A stretch of 62,383 nucleotides of DNA, filler included, from Deltaproteobacteria bacterium (GTDB taxonomy: Bacteria > JAUYMQ01), in the NCBI GenBank assembly GCA_030698575.1. It is 10 parts of 10 records of this genome, joined end to end, with 100 filler letters (N's around TTAATTAATTAA, not from the genome) between each part and the next. Parts side by side here need not be neighbours in the genome. Positions count along the whole stretch, not along the records: positions 30,461 to 36,786 come from JAUYMQ010000098.1; positions 36,887 to 39,662 come from JAUYMQ010000099.1; positions 39,763 to 55,020 come from JAUYMQ010000104.1; 7 more parts are not named here. One strand, written 5' to 3'. The translations under genes and the position numbers were made by a program. Of this stretch, positions 32,281-42,837 are shown in pieces. Position 1 is the first letter of the stretch. Each line of letters begins with the position of its first letter. The notes beneath the pieces were generated by a model. The model was not told where the DNA came from. It made no database searches and worked only from the letters and a program-made list of their open reading frames with translations.

Positions 32281-35154
32281 TCAGATCTTCTCGACTTCCA
32301 CGCGTGTGCCGCGGTCGTTCTGTCCCGGCTGCATCGCGATGATCATCGGCTGGAGGTGGAAGTAGCCGCCCGCGAGCTGGATCGGGTTGATCGGGCTCGG
32401 GATGATCGCCTGATCCGAGCGCCGATTGCTGAACTGCTGCGGCTCCCAGGCGTGGTAGACGACCACCTGACCAGGCCTCACGGCCGGGAATATTTTCGCC
32501 TCGACTTCGAAGTCGCCGAGATCGTTCCGCACCCGCACCCGGTCGCCATCGGAGATTCCCCGGGTCCTGGCATCCTCGACGCTCATGCACACAACGGGCC
32601 CGCCCCGCTGCAACCTCAGCATCAACGGGTCGTCGCGCCAGCTCGAGTGAATCGACCAGCGCGTGTGTCCGCCGGTCATCTGGAGCGGATGGTCGCCGCC
32701 GATCGCGGGATTGTCCTTGTGGGTGGGGAGCTGCTCGCCCAGTTCCATGTAGAGATCCTGGTCGATGTAGAACTGCATCCGTCGCGTGAGAGTCGGCCAG
32801 GGAATCTTCTTCTCGGTGTGCCAGGTGTTCGCCGTGATGGTCTCGTCCGGCTTCACGTCCGTGGCGGTCCCGATGTTGACGGCCGACTGCCCGACTGCGG
32901 TGAAGCGTGCGTATCCCTTCTCCTTCAGCTCCTTCCAGGAGGTCCCCTCCAGGTTCTTCGACAGCTTGACCAGCTCGTCGAGCGTCTTCTCGACGTCGCC
33001 TTCCGTGTAGCGCCCGCCGTAGGTGAACTGCTCGTACACTTTATCCAGCCTTCTTTCCTTCCCGCCCCGATCGCGGAAGGTCTTAATTCCCTTCTCCACT
33101 GCCCTTTGCTGGATCTTCTTGGTGAGCAAGCAATAGAACACCCATTCGTTTTTAGATTCGCCGAGCGGATCGATCGCCTTCGTGGTCACATGGGCATAGG
33201 GCATGATCGGCGTGGCCCAGGTGACATCGTCCTTTTCATACCAAGCTGCGCTGGGCAGAACATAGTCGCTGTACATCGCCGTCGCGCTCATGCGCCAGTC
33301 GACCGTCACGAAGAGATCAAGCTTCGGAAGCATCGTCTTGATGATTTCGGGATAGGAACGAACCCGCCTCAGGATGTTTCCGCCAGCTTCGAAAAAGATC
33401 TTCGGTTCTTGCTTGGGCGCGAACTGCCACCCCTTCGCCACCGCCTCGTCCACGTATTCGCTCACGTCGCGCTTGAGGTAAGGATCCCATTCCCGGCTCC
33501 GGCCGCTCACGCCGCGAAGTCCTCCGAAGAAGTAATAGAAGAGGACGGAATTCACGAAGGGACCTTCTTCGAAAATTTTCCGGGTATTTTCGTAGGTCAC
33601 CATCTCGTCGGAGTAGCCCTGAAGCTTCATCTTGGCGACTCCCGGCGCGAACCCGGCCATGACCGCGAGCGAGCCGAGAGCCAGAGGGAGCGACGCGGGC
33701 GCGAGGCTGGCGATCTCCGGGGCGTCGATGCTCATCCACGGGAAGGCGTTGTACCCGCTCCCCTTCTTCCCGTACTGGCCGCAGAGCGCGAGCACGAGGA
33801 TCTGCACCCGCTCCATCTCCAGCCCGTGGTAGAACTTCGAAAAATTGGACTGCGTGATGATCGTGGCGGCCCGCGCCTTCGCGATGTCGTGGGCGAGGCG
33901 CCGGATGACGGCGGCCGGCGTGCCGGTGATCTTCGCCGCGGCCTCGGGCGCGTAGCCGGCGACCTTCTCCCGCAGCAGTGTGAGAACAGGCGTTACGAGA
34001 ACCTTCCCTGAAACCGTTTCCGCCTCGTACTCTCCCGCCAGCGCCGGATCGCGCCCCTCGAGCTTGAGGCTCCGCTTCGGCGCCTCCGCGATCTTTTTTT
34101 CCACGAGATCATGGAAGTAGAAAACGTCGTCCTTCCCCCCCCGCTTCATGTCGCTCTCGCGGAGAAACAGGCCGTTGTCGCGGCGCACGAGAAGCGACAG
34201 ATCGGTTTGCTCCTTGATGAAGGCGTCGTTCTGGAGGTTCTCCTCGAGGATGACGTGAGCAATCGAAAGTCCGAGGGCGGCGTCCGTGCCCACGTTGACC
34301 GGCACCCACAGGTCCGCGTGCACGGCGGAGGGATTGTAGTCGGGCGTGATGGTCACAACGCGAGCGCCGTTGTATCGCGCCTCGTTGAAGAAGTGCGCGT
34401 TGGGAATCTGCGTCGAGACGGGGTTGCCGCCCCAGATGAGGATCAGATCGGAATAGAAGCAGTCGTCGCCCGAGCTGGCGAAGACGATCTTGCCGCAGGT
34501 GGCCGCGGCGCCCGGATGGTGATCGCCGATCTCGGCGTTCATATCGAGGATCGGCGTATCGAGAACGTTTCCCGCGCGCAGCACGCCGAGCGCGGCACAG
34601 CCGTTGGTAAGCCCCTCGCCGAGATCCCAGTAAATTCCGCCCGACCCCTCGGCGGTCATCACCGCGATCATCCGATCGGCGATGTCCGTCAGCGCCTCGT
34701 CCCACGTGACGCGCGTCCACTTGCCGCCGCCCCTGGGCCCCATGCGCTTGAGCGGATAGAGAACGCGCGTGGGGTCGTACATCCGGTGACTGAAGCAGGC
34801 GCCCTTCTGGCAGCCGCGGGGGTTGAAGTCGGGGACGTCGGCGTTGGTTTGCGGATAGTCGGCCGCCTGTTCCTCGCGCAGGACAAGCCCTTCCTTCACG
34901 AAGATGTTCCAGCTGCAGGCGCGCTGGTACCAGCAATTAACGTGGTGGGTTCCCTTTGCGACGCTGTCCCAGGTCCAGGCCTTGCGGTAGATATCCTGGA
35001 ACCCCTCGTAGCGAGGGTGGGGTGGAAGCGCGGCCCCCTCTCCGAGTGAGGTCGCACCAGCGGAGAAGGGGATGCGGAGCTGGCTCAGGCAGAGCGCGAG
35101 GGTGCCGGCGCCGGCGCCCTGAAGGAACTGCCGACGCGTCATTCCGAAGGCCAT
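32281..35154 (-). CDS. Molybdopterin oxidoreductase alpha subunit, type II (EBDH/S25DH-like)
   Basis: Tat signal TRRQFLQ; FS0 motif GTHHVNCWYQRAC...NPRGCQKG; IGD Asp-ligand motif; HTRWSIHS; terminal RGTRVEV. Confidence 0.92.
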   Translation of the reverse strand: MAFGMTRRQFLQGAGAGTLALCLSQLRIPFSAGATSLGEGAALPPHPRYEGFQDIYRKAWTWDSVAKGTHHVNCWYQRACSWNIFVKEGLVLREEQAADYPQTNADVPDFNPRGCQKGACFSHRMYDPTRVLYPLKRMGPRGGGKWTRVTWDEALTDIADRMIAVMTAEGSGGIYWDLGEGLTNGCAALGVLRAGNVLDTPILDMNAEIGDHHPGAAATCGKIVFASSGDDCFYSDLILIWGGNPVSTQIPNAHFFNEARYNGARVVTITPDYNPSAVHADLWVPVNVGTDAALGLSIAHVILEENLQNDAFIKEQTDLSLLVRRDNGLFLRESDMKRGGKDDVFYFHDLVEKKIAEAPKRSLKLEGRDPALAGEYEAETVSGKVLVTPVLTLLREKVAGYAPEAAAKITGTPAAVIRRLAHDIAKARAATIITQSNFSKFYHGLEMERVQILVLALCGQYGKKGSGYNAFPWMSIDAPEIASLAPASLPLALGSLAVMAGFAPGVAKMKLQGYSDEMVTYENTRKIFEEGPFVNSVLFYYFFGGLRGVSGRSREWDPYLKRDVSEYVDEAVAKGWQFAPKQEPKIFFEAGGNILRRVRSYPEIIKTMLPKLDLFVTVDWRMSATAMYSDYVLPSAAWYEKDDVTWATPIMPYAHVTTKAIDPLGESKNEWVFYCLLTKKIQQRAVEKGIKTFRDRGGKERRLDKVYEQFTYGGRYTEGDVEKTLDELVKLSKNLEGTSWKELKEKGYARFTAVGQSAVNIGTATDVKPDETITANTWHTEKKIPWPTLTRRMQFYIDQDLYMELGEQLPTHKDNPAIGGDHPLQMTGGHTRWSIHSSWRDDPLMLRLQRGGPVVCMSVEDARTRGISDGDRVRVRNDLGDFEVEAKIFPAVRPGQVVVYHAWEPQQFSNRRSDQAIIPSPINPIQLAGGYFHLQPMIIAMQPGQNDRGTRVEVEKI

Positions 35155-35196
35155 GGCCCATCCTCACGCCCGCGCCTGGGCAACAAGGAGATTTTA

Positions 35197-35493
35197 TGAA
35201 GCAAAGCTCACATTCATTAGAAATCTACGCCCCGGCGTTCCGGCCTGTCAAGCATGATTTCCCTGACGGACGGCCCGCGCCAGGAGCGCCGCCGAGGTCC
35301 GGGCCACCCCGCCACCCGCGCCCCCTCCGCGTCCGATGAAACCTGCTCACTCGCGTCTTCAGAGCGCAAAATATGCACCCCCCTCTCCCGGGTCCGGCCG
35401 CGCTCCCACCAAGCTGAAGCCTAGGTCACATTCAGCTTGACATCGCCCGGCGGAAAGATTTAACGTTTCAGCAGAAACATGAGCTTCATTTCA
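35197..35493. promoter_or_regulatory. Divergent promoters with three related 20-bp operator-like sites
   Basis: TTGACA-N18-TAGATT (minus, 35251-35222) and TTGACA-N18-TAACGT (plus, 35437-35466). Operator-like sites at 35197-35216, 35415-35434 and 35474-35493 (reverse). Confidence 0.6.
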
Positions 35494-35658
35494 TGTTTCA
35501 TCCGGATGCGGCCGAATAACACACATGAAAGGCAGAGGCCGCCTGTCAGGTTGCACCGCCATTGACCGGGCATTGCCCACCGGAAGGTGCCGCTACCTTC
35601 CCCGCCGGCAAAGCCCGCGTCCCGCAGGCGCCGTTCTTCCCCGCCCGGAGGTTGCGTC

Positions 35659-36786
35659 ATGTCATTCGCGGACATCACTCGCCGGGACTTTCTAAAGGCC
35701 GGCGGATCTCTCGTCCTCGCCCTCAGCGTTCTTGATCTTCGCACCGTCGCCGGCGGGGCGGCGATGGCCGCGCCCGTCGCTCCCGCCTACAAGTCAATGG
35801 AGGATCTCTATCGCGAACGCTGGCGCTGGGATCGCGTGACACGCGGCACCCACTGCGTGGACTGCTACCCGGGCAACTGCGCCTGGAACGTGTACGTGAA
35901 GGACGGCGTTGTCATTCGTGAGGAGCAGGCCGCGGAATACCCGGTCATCGAAGCGGGCGTGCCCGACATGAATCCCCGGGGGTGCCAGAAGGGCGCTTCC
36001 TTCAGCAATGTAATGTACGGCGCCGAGCGCATCCGTTATCCCCTGAAGCGCGTCGGCCCGCGCGGCTCGGGAAAGTGGAAGCGCGTGACGTGGGACGAGG
36101 CGCTCGGCGAGATCGCGGAGGCCATGGTTGATGCTGTGGAGACCACCGGGCCCGAGTCGGTCGTCCTCGAGATGGGTCCCGGCAACCTGGGAATCCTCCA
36201 GGCGTCGGGAGTTTCCCGGTTCTTCGTGAACCTGGGCGCCACGCAGCTCGACGTCGACGGCCTGATCGGCGACTTCAACGCCGGCAACTACATCACCTTC
36301 GGCAAGTTCCACCATGTTTCCAGCGTGGACGACAGGTTCCACGCCGATCTCCTGCTCATCTGGCACATGAACCCCGTCTACACCCGGATCCCCTCCTACC
36401 ACTTCATCTCGGAAGCCCGTTACAAGGGGGCCGAGGTGATCACGATCGCGCCGGACTTCTCCCCCTCGGCCGTTCACGCCGACCTGTATATGCCCGTCCA
36501 GCCGGGCACCGATGCCGCGCTCGCGCTCGGGGCATGCCAGGTTATTCTCGCCGAGGATCTGCTCGACAAGGGCTTCGTCCGGGAGCAAACGGATCTTTCA
36601 TTGCTGGTCCGGAAGGACACGGGGAAGTACCTGCGCGAGAGCGACATGAAGGAAGGCGGCCGCGAGGATCAGCTCTACTGGCTCGACGAGAAGACGGGGA
36701 AGGTGGTGCCCGCGCCGCTCGGCACGCTCGACGCCGGCGCCGTCGTTCCGGCGCTCTCGGGCACGGCCACGGCGACACTCGCCGGC
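35659..36786 (+). CDS. Second type II molybdopterin oxidoreductase alpha subunit, 3' truncated
   Basis: Tat TRRDFLK; GTHCVDCYPGNC...NPRGCQKG; LIGDF. Confidence 0.92.
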
Positions 36787-36999
36787 NNNNNNNNNNNNNN
36801 NNNNNNNNNNNNNNNNNNNNNNNNNNNNNNTTAATTAATTAANNNNNNNNNNNNNNNNNNNNNNNNNNNNNNNNNNNNNNNNNNNNACCTTACTTACGAC
36901 GGCGCTATCGACGGCCCACGGATGATCGCGGAGCGCCTCGCCGAAAAGATCCATCCCCGCGACCCCGAGGCAACCTCGGCGGCGAAGCCCTGAGGCCCG

Positions 37000-38403
37000 A
37001 TGCTCTTCAACAGCTATCCCTTCCTCATCTTCTTTCTCGCCGTGCTGGTCACCTATCGCGCGATCCCGGCGCGCCACCGTGTCTCGCTGGTGCTGGGGGC
37101 GAGTCTCCTCTTCTACTTCCTGTGGATTCCGCAGTACCTGCTGCTGCTGCTGGTCGACATCGGGGTGAACTACGCGCTTCTCCGCGCAATGGTGCGGAGC
37201 TCGCGTCCCCGGCGTTATCTCGCCGCGGTGCTCGTCTTCAACCTGGGCCTGCTCGGCTGGTTTAAGTACGCGGCCTTCATAGTGTCTTCAATCGCGGCGG
37301 CCTGGGGGATCTTCGAGCCCGTCGCGCTGCCCACGCCGAAGATCCTGCTCCCGCTCGGCATCTCCTTCTATACCTTCATGATCATCGCGCTCGCGGTCGA
37401 CACCTATCGCGGCGACATCGAGCCCGTGAAGAGCCTGCGCGACTACGCCGTCTTCATGTGCTTCTTCCCGCATCTCATCGCGGGGCCGATCCTGCGCGGG
37501 AGCGAGTTCCTGCCGCAGCTACGCAAAGTCACCGGTGCCTCACCCGAGCAAGTGCGAAGGGGCGCGTGGCTGATCGCTTCGGGCCTGGTCAAAAAAGTGC
37601 TCCTGGCGGATCTGCTGCTGGCCCCGTTCGTCAACGTGGTGTTCGGCGCTCCGGGCTTCGCGTCGGCCCCGGAGCATCTCGTCGCCGTCTACTCCTTCGC
37701 GTTCCAGATCTACTTCGACTTCTCGGGCTACACGGACATCGCCCGCGGCGCCGCCCTCCTGCTCGGCTTCGAGTTGCCGCTCAACTTCGAGGAGCCCTAT
37801 CTCGCGCGCGATCCTGCGGAGTTCTGGCGCCGCTGGCACATGACCCTCTCGCGCTGGCTGCGCGACTACCTCTACGTGCCGCTGGGAGGCAACCGCAAGG
37901 GACGCGCGCGCACGCTAGTGAACCTGATGCTCACCATGTTGCTGGGAGGCCTCTGGCACGGCGCGGCGTGGAACTTCGTGATCTGGGGTGGCTTCCACGG
38001 CCTGCTACTGGTGGCGCACCGGCTCTTGGCCGCGGGGCGGCGCCGCGCGGAGCGACCGCTGCGCTGGTCCGATGCACTGCGCATCGTCCTGCTCTTCCAC
38101 GCCGTGTGCCTGCTCTGGATCTTCTTCCGAGCGAACACGTTCGCTGACGCAAGCGCGGTGCTGCATAGGCTCTTCACGGGGACTTACACGCAGACGTGGC
38201 CGGTGCTGCAGATTGGGATCGTTGCGCTCTGCGCCGCGCTGCACGTGCTGGAGCGACCCGCGCGCGTGCACCTCGCGGTCGTCCGCGAGCGGCTCTCCGG
38301 GCCCTGGGGCGCCGTGATCGAGGGAGCGGCTATCGGCGCCGTGGCGGGGCTCGTCTACCTCTTCGGCGGCGTGGGGGGCGAGTTCATCTACTTCCAGTTC
38401 TAG
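37000..38403 (+). CDS. MBOAT O-acyltransferase (AlgI/DltB family)
   Basis: MLFNSYPF, LPLGISFYTF, DFSGYTD, FWRRWHMTLS, GLWHGA. Confidence 0.93.
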   Translation: MLFNSYPFLIFFLAVLVTYRAIPARHRVSLVLGASLLFYFLWIPQYLLLLLVDIGVNYALLRAMVRSSRPRRYLAAVLVFNLGLLGWFKYAAFIVSSIAAAWGIFEPVALPTPKILLPLGISFYTFMIIALAVDTYRGDIEPVKSLRDYAVFMCFFPHLIAGPILRGSEFLPQLRKVTGASPEQVRRGAWLIASGLVKKVLLADLLLAPFVNVVFGAPGFASAPEHLVAVYSFAFQIYFDFSGYTDIARGAALLLGFELPLNFEEPYLARDPAEFWRRWHMTLSRWLRDYLYVPLGGNRKGRARTLVNLMLTMLLGGLWHGAAWNFVIWGGFHGLLLVAHRLLAAGRRRAERPLRWSDALRIVLLFHAVCLLWIFFRANTFADASAVLHRLFTGTYTQTWPVLQIGIVALCAALHVLERPARVHLAVVRERLSGPWGAVIEGAAIGAVAGLVYLFGGVGGEFIYFQF

Positions 38404-38557
38404 GGCGGCCGGCGCGCCGTGATGCTTGGCGCCGCCCGGGCTGTTCTGGGCGGGCAGGTTGATTGAGACTTCTTATCAAGCGGGGCAGGATAGACCGGAC
38501 GCCGGCGGCGCCTTCGGCAGCAGGCGTACGACCTGTGGATCAAGATCCATCCACGTC

Positions 38558-39662
38558 TTATTCGGCGGAATCCACAAAATTGCCCGAGACGATCGAGGTC
38601 GTCCAGGCGAGGGCATAAAAGGCAAGTCCGGTGGCGAGAGCGATGCTATACCCGAATCCGATGGCGAGGACGATGGAGCCCACCGAGGCCAGCACGGACG
38701 CCGCGCCGTTCACGCCCCAGGCCCAGGGGGTCAGTTCCGTTGCCCTCCGGTGGAGGATGCGAAGGCCCAGGGGAAAGGGCTGGCCCATGAGAAAGCCGAG
38801 GGGGGCAAGAAGGATCATCGACGCAACCACCTTGATGGGCGTTGGCTCTCCGACGAAGGTGCGGAAGAGCGGAGGAAGAAACACGATGGATGCGAGCAGG
38901 ACGACTACAAGTAGCGGGAACGTCCTGCGGAGAGCCTGGCCTTCCCGGCCTGCCGGGACACGCTGGGTGGAAAGACTACCTAGACCACTGAAGATCAAAA
39001 TCGTAAACAGGATCACGGATAGCGCGTAGAGCGGGTGGCCGAGAAACAGCATAAACCGCTGGATCATGGGAAGCTCAACCAGTATAAACGCGAGCCCCAG
39101 ACAGGAAAAGTAGAACAAGAAAGGCGCGCCTCTCCGCGCGGAGACGGGAAGCCTCCTTCGGAAGAAAAGAGGTCCGATGACAAACGTGGCCGCGAGAACC
39201 GTCACGAGGGCCAGCAGCCGCAGCAGCGCGGAAGTCGCCTTATCCGCGATCGATTCGAATCTTTTGTCGGGATTTCCGAAGAGTATGTCTCTGATCCGCA
39301 CGCGATTGAAGAAGAATGGCGAATCGTCCGTGGTCGGGGAAATGTCGATCGGATAATTTCGCGCGTACTCGTAAGGATCGGCGGCAGAGGCAAATGCTTT
39401 GAACTCCTCGTTCTCTCCGCCCGCTGGCTCGTAGGCAACGCCGAATCCGATATCGGCTGCGATGCGATTCAGGCGGGCGATATCCTGGGCGGTGAAGGCG
39501 CTGCGCTTGACGATGACGTTCGCGAGGGGATAAAGGTTGGGGGGAACCCACGAATGAAGGACCGCGATGTGCTCTTCCGGGTGCTCGACGCCTACCTTGC
39601 TCCAGGCGACCTTGGCGATGCCGAGAAGGCGCAGGGCCTCGTTCGGATAGGCCCGTGTGATG
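38558..39662 (-). CDS. Membrane protein of spermidine-synthase-like/SAM-MTase fusion type, C-terminal part
   Basis: The open frame extends to the contig edge; PTTDDSPFFF, LFLGHP, GQPFPLG, WAWGVNG. Confidence 0.75.
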
Positions 39663-39762
39663 NNNNNNNNNNNNNNNNNNNNNNNNNNNNNNNNNNNNNN
39701 NNNNNNTTAATTAATTAANNNNNNNNNNNNNNNNNNNNNNNNNNNNNNNNNNNNNNNNNNNN

Positions 39763-40950
39763 GACGACGCCAGCGCCGGTGAGATAGATGCCCCGGATAA
39801 TCCGGAGGTAGTGCGCCAACGGGATCAGCTCGACGAGCGTGCGGGCCCAGTCGGGCATCGAGTGGATGGGAAAGACGAGCCCCGAGAGGGAGAGCTGCGG
39901 CACGACGACGAGGACCGTCATCTGCACCGCCTGGTCCGCCGTCGGCGCGGCGGCGGAAATCAGGAGTCCCACGGCAAGGGTGAGAACCAGGTACATCGCG
40001 GTGATCAGGAGGAGCAGCACCACGCTCCCCATCGGCCAGATATCGAACACCGCAACGCCGATGAGCATGAGCAGCACCGTATCGAGCAGGTAGACGGCGC
40101 CCAGGGGCACGATCTTTCCGATGATGATCTCGATGGTGGTGACCGGGGTGACGCGCAGCTGTTCGAAGGTGCCGGCCTGGCGCTCGCGAACGATGGCGAG
40201 GGCGGTGGTCAGAATGCAGAGGAACGTGGTGATGAATCCGATGAGGCCCGGAATCGTGAAGTCCGTGGGCCGCATGCCGGGATTGAAGAGATTCCGCTGC
40301 ACGACACGCACGGCCCCGGCTCCACGGGGACGCGCAAGATCGTCGCCTGCGCTGCCTGCCCTCGAGACGTCTCCGCCGCGCTGCAGCGCCTGGATGTTCC
40401 CTCCCTCCTGATCAGTCTCGCCGGGCGCGAGCCCGAAGGGCGGTGGAACTCCGCCGGCAATGGGTACGACCCTGGGGTTCCGCGCGCGCAACTTGGCCTG
40501 GAAGGCGGCGACCGTTGCTTCGATGATGCCGTCCGCATTCGCCGATATCACCGTTCCGGTGCCGTCAAAAATGGTCTGGATGTGCGCCGTGCTCCCCCGC
40601 GTGAGCTTTCTGGAGAAGTCGGGAGGCACCACGATCGCCGCGGCCAGTCCGCTGGAGGCCATCTTGCTGCGCAGCGCCGCGAGACTTTCTAGCGGGACCA
40701 TTCTGAAGTAACCGGTGGCCTCGAGGGTGCCGATCAGGCGGCGGCTCTCCTCGCTTTGGTCAGCGTCGAATACCCCGAGCGGCAGGTTACGCACCTCGAT
40801 CGTCAGCGCATAGGAAAGCATCGCGATCATGAGAAGCGGAAAGAGCGTGAGGATGAGAAGGGTAAATGGGTCGCGCGCGAGTTCCACGAATTCGCGCCAC
40901 ATGAGCGTGCGGAGGCGTCCGATGGCGCGGTAGCTGCGGAGGCGCTTCAC
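39763..40950 (-). CDS. ABC-2 transporter permease (YbhR/S-like), 3' truncated
   Basis: IVRERQAGTFEQLRVTP, SGLVFPIHSMP. Confidence 0.9.
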
Positions 40951-41885
40951 GGCGTGACCTGCCCCTCTCGCTCGCGGGCCCGAAGCATCTCGAGAAAGAC
41001 TTCTTCGAGAGTGGGAAGCGCGATGCGAATGTTCAGTGAAGGATCATGGCTCCGGGCGCGCCGCCGGGCCCCGGCGACGGTGGCAGGCTCGAGATCGAGG
41101 AGCAGCATCGGCTCCAGCGTTGCGCTCGGGAGTCCCGCCGGTCCGATGATCTCGACGCGATAGCCGCCGGCCTGGTTCGCCTTGAGCTTCTCCGGCGAGT
41201 CGAGCGCAATCATCTGGCCCCCGTCGATGAAACCGATGACGTCTGCGAATTCCATCTCATCGAGGTAGTGGCTCGTGACGAAGACGGTAATTCCCCCGGC
41301 GGCCATCTCCCGGATGATCTCCCAGAACACGGCTCGGTTTTCAAGGTCGACGCCGGCGGTCGGCTCGTCGAGGAACACGACCTCCGGATCATGAAGGATC
41401 GAGCAGCAGAGAGCGGTGCGCTGCTTGATGCCCACGGAGAGCGCCGACACCCGGAGTTTCTCATAGGGGCCGAGATCGAGGCGGTCGCGCAGGGTCCGCC
41501 ACCGCGACTCGCGCCGCGCGGCGTCGATGCTGTAGATCCCGGCGGCGAAGCGGACGTTCTCGAGAATGCTGAGCGCGGGGTAGAGCGAGAGCTTCTGGCT
41601 CATGTAGCCGATGCGGTGGAGCACGCTGCGTTCGTCGCCTGGAACGCGAAATCCAGCCACGCGCGCGGAGCCTTCCGTCGGCTCCAGGAGCCCGCAGAGC
41701 ATCCGGATGGTGGTGGATTTTCCGGAGCCGTTGCTCCCCACGAAGCCGAAGATCGATCCGCGGGCAATGCTGAAGCTTACGCGATCGACGGCCTTGAAGT
41801 CGCCGAAGGTCTTGCAAAGGCCCTCGGCTTCAATGGCGGCGCCGGAGGAGGCTTCACCCGGGGGGCGGGAAGCCGGTTCACTCAT
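40947..41885 (-). CDS. ABC transporter ATP-binding protein
   Basis: GSNGSGKST, LSVG, FLDEPTAGVD. Confidence 0.93.
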   Translation of the reverse strand: MSEPASRPPGEASSGAAIEAEGLCKTFGDFKAVDRVSFSIARGSIFGFVGSNGSGKSTTIRMLCGLLEPTEGSARVAGFRVPGDERSVLHRIGYMSQKLSLYPALSILENVRFAAGIYSIDAARRESRWRTLRDRLDLGPYEKLRVSALSVGIKQRTALCCSILHDPEVVFLDEPTAGVDLENRAVFWEIIREMAAGGITVFVTSHYLDEMEFADVIGFIDGGQMIALDSPEKLKANQAGGYRVEIIGPAGLPSATLEPMLLLDLEPATVAGARRRARSHDPSLNIRIALPTLEEVFLEMLRAREREGQVTP

Positions 41886-42837
41886 GATTGAGCGCCTCCC
41901 GGGTCAGGGCGCGAATCGCGCTGGACATATCCGGCCGGCGCGGCTCCACCAGGATCACGCGGCTGCCGCCATGGGGATGGGCCCTCACGCGCCGCTCTAT
42001 TTCGTCGATCGGCATGTTCCCGCCGGTTTCGATCTCCACCGCGTTGCCGAGAAACTGCGCCGAGACGAGCCAGGACTCAGAGGCGAGCGCCGCTGCGAGC
42101 GGCGCGAGGTTCTGCCCGTGCAGCCGGTACTGATGGATCTCGGCGGCGTGATCCTGCAGGATGGCGTCGGGAGTTCCGCGAGCCACCACACGGCCCTGAA
42201 TGAGGTATATCAGCTCGTCGCACATGGCCGCTTCCTCAACGTAGTTCGTCGAGATGATCACACTGTGTTCGGCGTCACGCGAGATGAGATCCCAGATCTC
42301 GTGCCGCGCAGACACGTCGACGCCGTTGTTGGGCTCGTCGAGGATGAGCAGGCGGGGACGGTGCAGCAGCGTGCAGGAGATTGCGAGCTTCTGCTTCATG
42401 CCCCCCGAGAGCTGCCCCGCCAGGCGGTCCTCGAACAGGGTGAGGTCGGTGGCCTTGAGCAGCACGCGCTTTCTTTCGTTGAACTCGTTCTCAGGGATCC
42501 GGCGGATCGCCGCGAAAAACTGGAGATTTTCCTTCACGCTCAAGTCGGGATAGAGGCCCCAGATCTGGGGCACGTACCCCACTTCGGCCTTCAGCGCCTG
42601 GGCATCCCGGGGAAGGACGTGGCCGAGAACCGCGAGGCGCTCCGCCCGGAACTCGAGGATACCGACGAGCGCGCGCAGAAGCGTCGTCTTCCCTGCGCCG
42701 TCCGGGCCGACGATGCCGAAGATTCCGGGACGGTTGATCTCGAGTGTGATGTCTTGGAGTGCGCGGGTGCCGTTGGGGAAGGTCTTTTCGAGCCCCCGGA
42801 CGTCGACGAGCGGCGCGTCCGATCGCGCCTCGGTCAC
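41878..42837 (-). CDS. ABC transporter ATP-binding protein
   Basis: GPDGAGKTT, LSGGMKQK, ILDEP. Confidence 0.93.
   Translation of the reverse strand: MTEARSDAPLVDVRGLEKTFPNGTRALQDITLEINRPGIFGIVGPDGAGKTTLLRALVGILEFRAERLAVLGHVLPRDAQALKAEVGYVPQIWGLYPDLSVKENLQFFAAIRRIPENEFNERKRVLLKATDLTLFEDRLAGQLSGGMKQKLAISCTLLHRPRLLILDEPNNGVDVSARHEIWDLISRDAEHSVIISTNYVEEAAMCDELIYLIQGRVVARGTPDAILQDHAAEIHQYRLHGQNLAPLAAALASESWLVSAQFLGNAVEIETGGNMPIDEIERRVRAHPHGGSRVILVEPRRPDMSSAIRALTREALNHE

Noticed and set aside
32281-35154. Respiratory nitrate reductase NarG
   Set aside because: Shorter than NarG, has a Tat signal, no narHJI follows, and the context is catabolic.
36887-36993. Short C-terminal ORF fragment upstream of the MBOAT gene (possible SGNH partner)
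   Set aside because: About 35 codons only; too short to assign.
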